This document shows positions 56,665-64,000 of a DNA stretch of 64,000 bases, one piece after another. The stretch's first letter is position 1; every line of letters starts with the position of its first letter. The stretch is from an uncultured Fidelibacterota bacterium (GTDB taxonomy: Bacteria > Fidelibacterota > Marinisomatia > Marinisomatales > UBA1611), in NCBI GenBank assembly GCA_902562835.1, contig CACEUX010000003.1, positions 6,991 through 70,990 on the forward strand, given 5' to 3'. The position numbers and the translations under genes are program-made. The notes under the pieces were generated by a model. That model was not told where the DNA came from. It saw only the letters and a list, made by a program, of their open reading frames with translations, and did no database searches.

Positions 56665-58734
56665 ATGCATTTTATTGACTGGGCGATCGTTGTCCTGGCT
56701 TTTTTTGGAATGGTCTATTCTGTATCATTTTCCTCAGGCCTTATGAAGAGTGTAACGGACTTTCTTTCTGCCGGAAGGACAGCGGGTAGATATCTAATAT
56801 CAGTGTCTAGTGGCATAGCTGGCTTAGGGGCAATTTCTGTTGTGATGTTTTTAGAGATGGGTTATGTAGCTGGTTTTAGTCTGGCCTGGTGGGGTCTGAG
56901 CCAGGGAATCATTATTTTGATGCTCACCATGTCTGGTTGGGTGATCTATCGTTTTAGATCTACTAGATGTTTGACACTAGCGCAATTTTTTGAGAAACGA
57001 TATAGCCGTAGGTTTCGGATCTTTACGGGTTTAGTTGCATTTTTAGCAGGCATTATAAACTTTGGTATATTCCCCGCTGTCGGAGCTCAGTTCTTTATAA
57101 ATTTTTGTGGGCTGCCTGATTCATTTGCAGGCCTTCCCGTCTATCCTCTGGTAATGATTATATTGCTTAGTGTCTCACTTTATTTTGTTTACACTGGAGG
57201 CCAAATAGCTGTTATTATTGCTGATTTTTTTCAGGGTATATTTGCGACGCTTGTACTTCTTGTTGTGGCGCTCTATTTATTTTTCAATATTGGCTGGGAC
57301 CAGGTAACCGATTCACTAGAGCAGACACCGATAAAACTAGCCAAAGAAGAGATCCAGACTTTGAGTTCAAACGAATCTTTCCAAGATCTAACAATGGAAC
57401 AGCAGCAAGAACAAATAGATGACATAGACGAAAAGTATCAGAATTCATCTAGGATCAATCCATTCAAAACAAGCCACGTAGAGGATTTTAACTTTTGGTA
57501 TTTTTTGATTGGGATCATTGGGATCATGTATAGCAGCATGAGTTGGCAAGGTAGTCAAGCATATAATTCTTCTGCTAAGAGTGCACACGAAGCAAAGATG
57601 GGTGCTGTACTTGCTGGTTTTAGAGGTCTACCACAAGGGTTATTTTTTTTACTCGTACCAGTGATGATCTATGTATTCATGAATCATTCTTCCTACCAAG
57701 ATATAGCGAATACTGTAAATATGTCTCTAGATAAATTAGATACAGACACTCTTCGTTCTCAGATGCGTGGCCCAATAGTGCTATCAACCGTATTGCCCAC
57801 AGGTCTTCTGGGTGCTTTTGCTGCACTGATGCTTGCTGCATTTATTAGTACGCATGATACTTATCTACATTCTTGGGCAACTATCCTTATTCAAGATGTG
57901 ATCATGCCGTTCCGCGATAAACCTTTCGATAAGGATACTCACTTAAAAGTGTTGAGATATGCCATATTTGGAGTGGCCATCTTCATATTTCTCTTTAGTC
58001 TATTATTTCAGCAGAATCAGAAAATCGCACTTTTTTTTGCTATTACCGCTGCTATTTTTGCAGGAGGCTCAGGCGCTGTTATAATTGGTGGGCTCTACTG
58101 GAAGCGAGGAACGACCAGTGCCGCATGGACCGCCATGATTGTAGGAGCTTTTATTAGTGTTGGAGGTGTCCTGGTCAAACAAATATCCTCGGATTGGCTA
58201 TTGGACCTCTCATCATTTAGCGCTCTAAAAGGCATGTTTATTTACATTAGGGATATAAATGGTCAAGAATACTGGGGGATCAGTATGGGACTATCCGCTC
58301 TTTCTTACATCGGAGTGTCGTTAGTGGCAAAAGAAGAACCATTCGACATGGACAAACTTTTGAATCGTGGTAAATATGCAATTGAGGGAGAGACAAAAGT
58401 TGTAAATGAGAAAACGGAATTAGGCTGGAAGATCTTCATGATGGGAAAAGAATTTACCAAGGCAGATAAGTTTATATATATTATTAATTATGTATGGACA
58501 GGAATGTGGACGCTTGTATTTATTATTGGTACTACATATAACCTTTATAATGATGTAAGCAATGCTGCCTGGATGACGTTCTGGAAAAATTATATTTTCA
58601 TCCACATTTTCATGGCTACGATCACCTTGATATGGTTTACAATAGGTGGTTTCAATGATCTGAAAATTATGATGGCTAAATTAAGCTCAGACCATAGAGA
58701 TCATGAAGACGATGGCTGGGTATCAGAGGAATAA
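56665..58734 (+). CDS. Sodium:solute symporter family transporter with an acidic cytoplasmic loop insertion
   Basis: SSS-type polytopic protein. I prefer the start at MHFIDWAIVV (56665). An insert rich in E/Q/D reads EEIQTLSSNESFQDLTMEQQQEQIDDIDEKYQ. Confidence 0.8.
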   Translation: MHFIDWAIVVLAFFGMVYSVSFSSGLMKSVTDFLSAGRTAGRYLISVSSGIAGLGAISVVMFLEMGYVAGFSLAWWGLSQGIIILMLTMSGWVIYRFRSTRCLTLAQFFEKRYSRRFRIFTGLVAFLAGIINFGIFPAVGAQFFINFCGLPDSFAGLPVYPLVMIILLSVSLYFVYTGGQIAVIIADFFQGIFATLVLLVVALYLFFNIGWDQVTDSLEQTPIKLAKEEIQTLSSNESFQDLTMEQQQEQIDDIDEKYQNSSRINPFKTSHVEDFNFWYFLIGIIGIMYSSMSWQGSQAYNSSAKSAHEAKMGAVLAGFRGLPQGLFFLLVPVMIYVFMNHSSYQDIANTVNMSLDKLDTDTLRSQMRGPIVLSTVLPTGLLGAFAALMLAAFISTHDTYLHSWATILIQDVIMPFRDKPFDKDTHLKVLRYAIFGVAIFIFLFSLLFQQNQKIALFFAITAAIFAGGSGAVIIGGLYWKRGTTSAAWTAMIVGAFISVGGVLVKQISSDWLLDLSSFSALKGMFIYIRDINGQEYWGISMGLSALSYIGVSLVAKEEPFDMDKLLNRGKYAIEGETKVVNEKTELGWKIFMMGKEFTKADKFIYIINYVWTGMWTLVFIIGTTYNLYNDVSNAAWMTFWKNYIFIHIFMATITLIWFTIGGFNDLKIMMAKLSSDHRDHEDDGWVSEE

Positions 58735-58737
58735 TTT

Positions 58738-61700
58738 ATGAATAAGAAAGAAACAGAAGTGATTCTCCAAAGGATTCGAAAATGGTATGACCGCTTGCCA
58801 GGTCTATTTATCTATGACCAAAGAGATTTTAATGCTCAATATGGCTGGTCAAAAGAAGCTACTCCATTCAAGGATAGGCTCTCTCTTGATTATAAAACCA
58901 TAAAGAAAGGTGATGCATGGGGAAGTAAGTGGGAAAGCGCATGGTTCCATTTGAAAGGGCAAGTACCAGAAGAATGGAAAGGCAAGAGCATTGCTGCAAA
59001 TTTGGATTTTTCCGGCGAAGGACTTGTATTCAATAATGATGGTAAGGTCATTCAGGGAATAACCAATGCATCTATCTGGGACCCTAATTTTTCTCGACCA
59101 CGGGTTCCTCTGATTGATAATTGCATTGGAGGAGAGAATATTGAACTTTGGGTTGAGGCTGCAGCTAACTCATTATTTGGCGTGTTTACCGACCCTGACC
59201 CTGAGCAAGATAGTCCAAAGCGCCATGGTTGGTTTGATGCTAAAGTTGAGATGATAAAGTTCGGTATCTTTGACAATGAGCTTTGGCATCTCTATCTCGA
59301 TACAAGAATTCTCCTTGGATTAATAAAACATCTTGATGAGAGATCAGTAAGGCGTTCAAGAGCAATCTTGGCATTAAATAATTGTATAAATGCATTTTGT
59401 GATAATCGGTCCAATTCTAAAGAAGCACGCTCTTTTCTTGAGGTAGAATTAAGTAAAGGGTCTTCAGCCTCAGACTTGAAGGTGTCTGCGGTCGGGCATG
59501 CTCATATCGATACAGGATGGCTCTGGCCAGTAAGAGAGACCGTGAGGAAATGTGCACGTACTTATGCAACTCAATTAAGTATAATTGAACAATATCCAGA
59601 ATATATCTTTGGTGCATCCATGCCACAGCATTATCAATTTATGAAAGATCAATATCCCGAGATCTATGAACGTATAAAGGATGCTGTTAAGTCTGGAAAC
59701 TGGGAGCTACAGGGCGGAATGTGGATCGAGGCTGATTGTAACTTAATTAGTGGCGAATCAATGGTCAGACAATTTTTAAAAGGGAAGAACTTCTACAAAG
59801 ATGAATTTGATATTGAGGTCGATAACCTGTGGTTGCCAGACGTTTTTGGTTATTCTGCTGCTTTGCCACAGATACTTAAAAAATCAGGGGTCAATTATTT
59901 TTTAACTCAAAAACTTTCATGGAGCCAATTTAATGAGTTCCCTCATCAGACCTTTAATTGGAGAGGTATTGATGGCTCTGAGGTACTAACACATTTTCCT
60001 CCAGAGAATACGTATAATAGTGAGCTTGACACGGAATTTCTATTGCCTGCGGTCACAGGCTTCAAAGAGAAAGATAAACTTGATGAGTTCATATCTCTTT
60101 TTGGTGTTGGCAATGGTGGTGGAGGACCTAAGCCAGAAAATATTGAACTTGGTAGACGCATGTCAGATCTTGAAAATGCTCCAAGGGTTCGTTTTGATAC
60201 CGCAAAGAACTTTTTTGACAGACTGGAAGAACATAAAGATGTTGTAGAGACCTGGGTAGGTGAACTTTATCTAGAACTGCACCGAGGTACTCTTACTACC
60301 CATGGACTGGTTAAAAAACAGAATAGAAAGCTTGAGTGGAAATTGCGCGCAGTTGAGATGCTTTACTCCTGTCTACCGTTTACGGAATACCCTGAAGAAG
60401 AGTTAGACCAGATGTGGAAAAAATTACTTATAAACCAGTTCCATGATATCATTCCTGGCTCGAGCATTAATCTGGTTTATCAGACCACTCACAAAGAGTA
60501 CGAGCAGATCCATGAAGGCTGCGATGCATTGATCAAACAATCAGGGGAGCAACTTTTTAAAAAGGATGATAACTCATTTGTTTTGGTTAATACACTTTCA
60601 TACACATGGAAAGGTGCCATCTGCCTGCCAGAATCCTTTCATGGATATTCATTGTTAGGTCAGAATGGTGAAGGCATTCAACTTCAAAATGATGGTAGTG
60701 GTATTCTTGCTGCGGTTGAATTGGATCCTTTATCATTTACAACATTCAAAAAGGGTAATAAAGCAGACCTGAAAGGTAATAAGAGTGGAGACCTTATTCT
60801 TGAGAATGACCTGATTAAATATGAATTTGACCAAACTGGCCAACTTATATCCATGTATGATAAGGTTTTAAATAAAGAATTTTTATCTAACTCAGGTAAT
60901 GTTCTATCCCTTTATGAAGATCGTCCTAATAACTGGGATGCCTGGGATGTTGATTTTTTCTATAGGGAGGCCCTAATCGAAACTGCAAAAGCAATTAAGG
61001 TTGAAACATCAGTAAATGGAGAGGTTACCAAACAAATAAAACTCAGCTTTTCCATTGGCGGGTCAAGTATAGAGCAGTTGGTATCTCTATACCCTCATTC
61101 CAAGAGGCTTGATTTTGCTACCTATGTAGAATGGAATGAAAAGCATAAAATGCTTCGTGTACATTTTCCTGTTTCCATAAGATCAGAGCAAGCGACTTTC
61201 GATATTCAATATGGCTATGTAAAGCGTAACACACATCGCAATACCAGCTGGGATAAAGCAAAGTTTGAGGTCGTGGGTCACAAATATGCAGACCTTTCCG
61301 ATCATGACCATGGCGTTGCTCTTATGAATGATTGTAAATACGGTTACATGGTCCATGATAATATTTTAGACCTGAATTTGCTACGTTCACCAAGTAATCC
61401 AGACCCAGATGCTGATGAAGGATTGCATACTTTTACCTATAGCGTACTGCCACATGACAATGATCTAATTCATTCAGGTGTCATTAGTGAGTCCTCATGT
61501 TTAAACCAAGAGCCTATACTATTTGAGGGTGTGAGTACTGATTTAGATATCCCAATAAAGCTAACAGGGGATGGTCTAGAATTATCTGTCCTGAAAAAAG
61601 CAGAAAAAGAAGATCAATTGATCATTAGGATCATCGAGACGCATGGTAGAAGCTCTAGTGGTTTTCTTCATCTAGATGGTACAATCACAGAGTGTGATCT

Positions 61701-61800
61701 CATGGAGTGGAATAACATTGATACGCCTTTAGAAATTGATGGGAAATACGAGATCACCCTTGCTCCGTTTGAGATCAGGACATATAAGGTTGACCTATAA
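58738..61800 (+). CDS. Alpha-mannosidase (GH38), no signal peptide
   Basis: VGHAHIDTGWLWP, GGMWIEADCN, LWLPDVFGYS, NQFHDIIPGSSI and the C-terminal GH38 domains. 1020 aa. Confidence 0.9.
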   Translation: MNKKETEVILQRIRKWYDRLPGLFIYDQRDFNAQYGWSKEATPFKDRLSLDYKTIKKGDAWGSKWESAWFHLKGQVPEEWKGKSIAANLDFSGEGLVFNNDGKVIQGITNASIWDPNFSRPRVPLIDNCIGGENIELWVEAAANSLFGVFTDPDPEQDSPKRHGWFDAKVEMIKFGIFDNELWHLYLDTRILLGLIKHLDERSVRRSRAILALNNCINAFCDNRSNSKEARSFLEVELSKGSSASDLKVSAVGHAHIDTGWLWPVRETVRKCARTYATQLSIIEQYPEYIFGASMPQHYQFMKDQYPEIYERIKDAVKSGNWELQGGMWIEADCNLISGESMVRQFLKGKNFYKDEFDIEVDNLWLPDVFGYSAALPQILKKSGVNYFLTQKLSWSQFNEFPHQTFNWRGIDGSEVLTHFPPENTYNSELDTEFLLPAVTGFKEKDKLDEFISLFGVGNGGGGPKPENIELGRRMSDLENAPRVRFDTAKNFFDRLEEHKDVVETWVGELYLELHRGTLTTHGLVKKQNRKLEWKLRAVEMLYSCLPFTEYPEEELDQMWKKLLINQFHDIIPGSSINLVYQTTHKEYEQIHEGCDALIKQSGEQLFKKDDNSFVLVNTLSYTWKGAICLPESFHGYSLLGQNGEGIQLQNDGSGILAAVELDPLSFTTFKKGNKADLKGNKSGDLILENDLIKYEFDQTGQLISMYDKVLNKEFLSNSGNVLSLYEDRPNNWDAWDVDFFYREALIETAKAIKVETSVNGEVTKQIKLSFSIGGSSIEQLVSLYPHSKRLDFATYVEWNEKHKMLRVHFPVSIRSEQATFDIQYGYVKRNTHRNTSWDKAKFEVVGHKYADLSDHDHGVALMNDCKYGYMVHDNILDLNLLRSPSNPDPDADEGLHTFTYSVLPHDNDLIHSGVISESSCLNQEPILFEGVSTDLDIPIKLTGDGLELSVLKKAEKEDQLIIRIIETHGRSSSGFLHLDGTITECDLMEWNNIDTPLEIDGKYEITLAPFEIRTYKVDL

Positions 61801-61825
61801 GATGCTTGTGTTTGGTATCACAGAA

Positions 61826-61872
61826 ATGCTAAACAAATACTATATTATTTGTAGCATAAATAAAGTTTTTTT
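61826..61872 (+). terminator. Possible rho-independent terminator after the GH38 gene
   Basis: AT-rich imperfect hairpin ATGCTAAACAAATA...TATTTGTAGCAT with one bulged base, followed by AAATAAAG and T7 (61866-61872). Confidence 0.35.
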
Positions 61873-61921
61873 ACCTTCCTTTACATCAAGGCCGTTATTC
61901 GTGATCTTTTAAAAATTTAAA

Positions 61922-64000
61922 ATGGAGTTTTATATGAGCCGCCCAGTTCTATTACTGTCCTTATCTTTTCTAATAGCATCAAATAATGAACGTGAGTTTA
62001 ATGGTCCAGGTAATGATTCTAATATTTCTGTTGAACCGCAGAAAATGAGTAATGGTGTGAGTGATCAGAGCCTTTTAAAAGGTCACCAAGAGCGGATCGA
62101 GTTGTTTCAAAATGAAATGCATAAGATAAATACTGATGCAAATTCAAAAGTGATGAGAGTCTTAAAGAAGAATTTTCCTAAACAGCTTGATCTAAAACAA
62201 AATACAAAAAGAGAACGGCCGTTCGACCCGGAGTCTCTTGATCTAAGGATAAGACATAATAGCCCAAGAAAGATCTCAATTACAAGGAATTCGAATAATG
62301 GTCAATTAAAAAGTGATATCCCAACCAATGACCATCTGAGAACAAAATATTTTAATCAAATTATCCCAGACCAGACCCGTAACAGATTCCATGTTGATAA
62401 CAATTTAAAAAAGAACTTAAATCTCGCTGATATTGCTCACATTGTTGGTACACAAGAAAAACGTGAAGTTTCAGGTACAAAAGTTGAGAGTGCGCAATCA
62501 TTTCACAGGCTTACATTAACAAGAGACCAAAGAGACTGGCCGATCATTGCGATCTTATGTAACTATGCAAATGATGGAACTGCTGAATTAGAAGAAACTT
62601 TAATTGATCTAGAGTATGATCCAGTTAGTGTTAACAGTGTTGAAGAGGCAATCGAAATTGATGCAGATGCTATTATTGCTGGATATGGTGGCGGTTGTGA
62701 TGGGGATGAAGTAAGCAATATATCTAGCTGGATAGAATCAGGTAAGGGGTATATCCAAAATGGGGATCATTTTAACTGGTTTCCAAATGCCTGGGAAAAT
62801 GTTGGTCTGGATACTGTGGAGATAGTTTTGAACGACCTAGGTCATCCTGTGACAGCGGGCCTCCCTGAAACTTTTCATTCATACGGGTTCTGGCACTATA
62901 ATGGTTGGGGATATTTTGCATATGTCACTGATACAACTTTTACAGATATTGCTGCGGTCAATAGTAATGCGCGCGGGATCACAGCAGACCAGATCGGTGA
63001 TGGCCGAGCAGTCTACCTTGGATTCAATATTTTCGGGCCTGATGCTTCATCAGAGGTCATACAACTCCTTTCAAACACACTTCAATATGTAACTAACACA
63101 GACCACCAAGATGAATCTCAAATGGCTCAGGCGACAGTAGTAGACCATTTAGGCAACTTAATTGACAGCGCAACAGTGTGTTATTTCTCAACAGAATTAG
63201 ATACGTTAATTATTGCAGAAACAGATAGTTTAGGAACTGCTTCTGCAGAATTAGGCATCGGGATGTGGAGTGCTTATGCTTATGAAAATAATGATAATGG
63301 GACCTATTTAGATCTTTGGGATGGCGGTGTTTTTTATATGACACCAGATGGAGCGTCTGAGGATAATATAGAGATGATTTTACATCCTAGAGATGATTAT
63401 GGATTCTTGATTGTTGGAGTAGAAGAATATAATGAACAGGATTCTCTTGTCTCTGTTTTGACCAGCGTTACTATATCTGATAGTACTGGCGAACCAATTT
63501 ATAATGGAGAAACAAATGTGTGGGGTGATATTGGCACTGCTCTAGACCCATACCAGGAATATGATGTCTCTGTTAACTATGACGGAGAATTCCATACTCA
63601 GTCAATATCCATTGATACAGTGGATGCGTATAGATTCCTTTCCTTTGAATTTGGTGATGGAGGGGATGATGAAGATTCAACTAGTGGTGGCGTTGAGTTC
63701 CATTTTACATCTGTAGATAGTATGTATGCAGAATATGGGTCAGTATTCACCACTATGGGTTCTGATTGTGATGAATGTGCTGGAAACCTATCAGATATGA
63801 CCCCTGACACAAGTGTCATTATAAGATCTCAATCAGATTTTGAATCCTGGTCAAGCTACTACGGATTTAATGCTTATTATTTTCAGTTCATTGATACTAA
63901 TGATAATGGGGTTCATGACATCGGAGAGGTCTATGCAGTATCATGTGAAGAAGCTGAGTGGGATGGTGGTAACGTGACAGTTGCCTACAATGGGAATGCT
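61922..64000 (+). CDS. Large secreted protein of unknown function (3' end cut by the window): ThuA/GATase1-like domain plus CarboxypepD_reg-like repeats
   Basis: The hand-translated frame is open from the ATG at 61922 (or 61934) to nt 64000 with no stop, so it is absent from the track. A hydrophobic N terminus (PVLLLSLSFLIAS) is followed by IAILCNYANDG...DAIIAGYGGG...LGHPVTAGLP...GRAVYLGFNIF, which resembles ThuA-like domains. Confidence 0.6.
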   Translation, partial: MEFYMSRPVLLLSLSFLIASNNEREFNGPGNDSNISVEPQKMSNGVSDQSLLKGHQERIELFQNEMHKINTDANSKVMRVLKKNFPKQLDLKQNTKRERPFDPESLDLRIRHNSPRKISITRNSNNGQLKSDIPTNDHLRTKYFNQIIPDQTRNRFHVDNNLKKNLNLADIAHIVGTQEKREVSGTKVESAQSFHRLTLTRDQRDWPIIAILCNYANDGTAELEETLIDLEYDPVSVNSVEEAIEIDADAIIAGYGGGCDGDEVSNISSWIESGKGYIQNGDHFNWFPNAWENVGLDTVEIVLNDLGHPVTAGLPETFHSYGFWHYNGWGYFAYVTDTTFTDIAAVNSNARGITADQIGDGRAVYLGFNIFGPDASSEVIQLLSNTLQYVTNTDHQDESQMAQATVVDHLGNLIDSATVCYFSTELDTLIIAETDSLGTASAELGIGMWSAYAYENNDNGTYLDLWDGGVFYMTPDGASEDNIEMILHPRDDYGFLIVGVEEYNEQDSLVSVLTSVTISDSTGEPIYNGETNVWGDIGTALDPYQEYDVSVNYDGEFHTQSISIDTVDAYRFLSFEFGDGGDDEDSTSGGVEFHFTSVDSMYAEYGSVFTTMGSDCDECAGNLSDMTPDTSVIIRSQSDFESWSSYYGFNAYYFQFIDTNDNGVHDIGEVYAVSCEEAEWDGGNVTVAYNGNA

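Overview
AT-rich, tightly packed chromosomal segment. Many genes overlap by 1-8 nt and no Shine-Dalgarno sequences are obvious. It looks like a marine Gram-negative bacterium of the FCB group (Bacteroidota, Marinimicrobia or Ignavibacteria-like). The pointers are a type IX secretion (T9SS) C-terminal sorting domain, an XrtF-type exosortase, a Bacteroidota-type LpxH and four Na+/solute symporters. I support about 57 protein-coding regions, one tRNA-Asn(GTT), two hairpin terminators and one glycine-codon low-complexity tract. I saw no rRNA, CRISPR array, transposase, integrase or phage genes, so this is core chromosome rather than an obvious island.

Recognisable content:
- Housekeeping and repair genes: argF (5'-truncated by the window), mutM, radA, tgt, bcp, lpxH, sfsA and a manC-like gene.
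- A tyrosine/homogentisate catabolic operon: aminotransferase, hppD, FAH-family hydrolase, hmgA, flavin reductase.
- A mannoside-utilisation cluster with apparently cytoplasmic GH2 beta-mannosidase and GH38 alpha-mannosidase plus two importers.
- An inverted-topology (NewPHL-type) photolyase.
- An EF-G paralogue with degenerate GTPase motifs.

The most interesting locus is 44264-50925 on the minus strand. It encodes, in order, an O-antigen-ligase-like protein, a 1232-aa T9SS-secreted protein with an ALK/LTK-type glycine-rich domain, a 59-aa miniprotein absent from the ORF track, exosortase XrtF and its partner membrane protein. The miniprotein consists of a signal peptide, a Pro-rich linker, a C-terminal TM helix and a basic tail. 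That is the architecture of an exosortase sorting signal, and I recall no cognate cargo being defined for XrtF.

All family assignments come from motif and sequence recognition by eye. No HMM or BLAST search was run.
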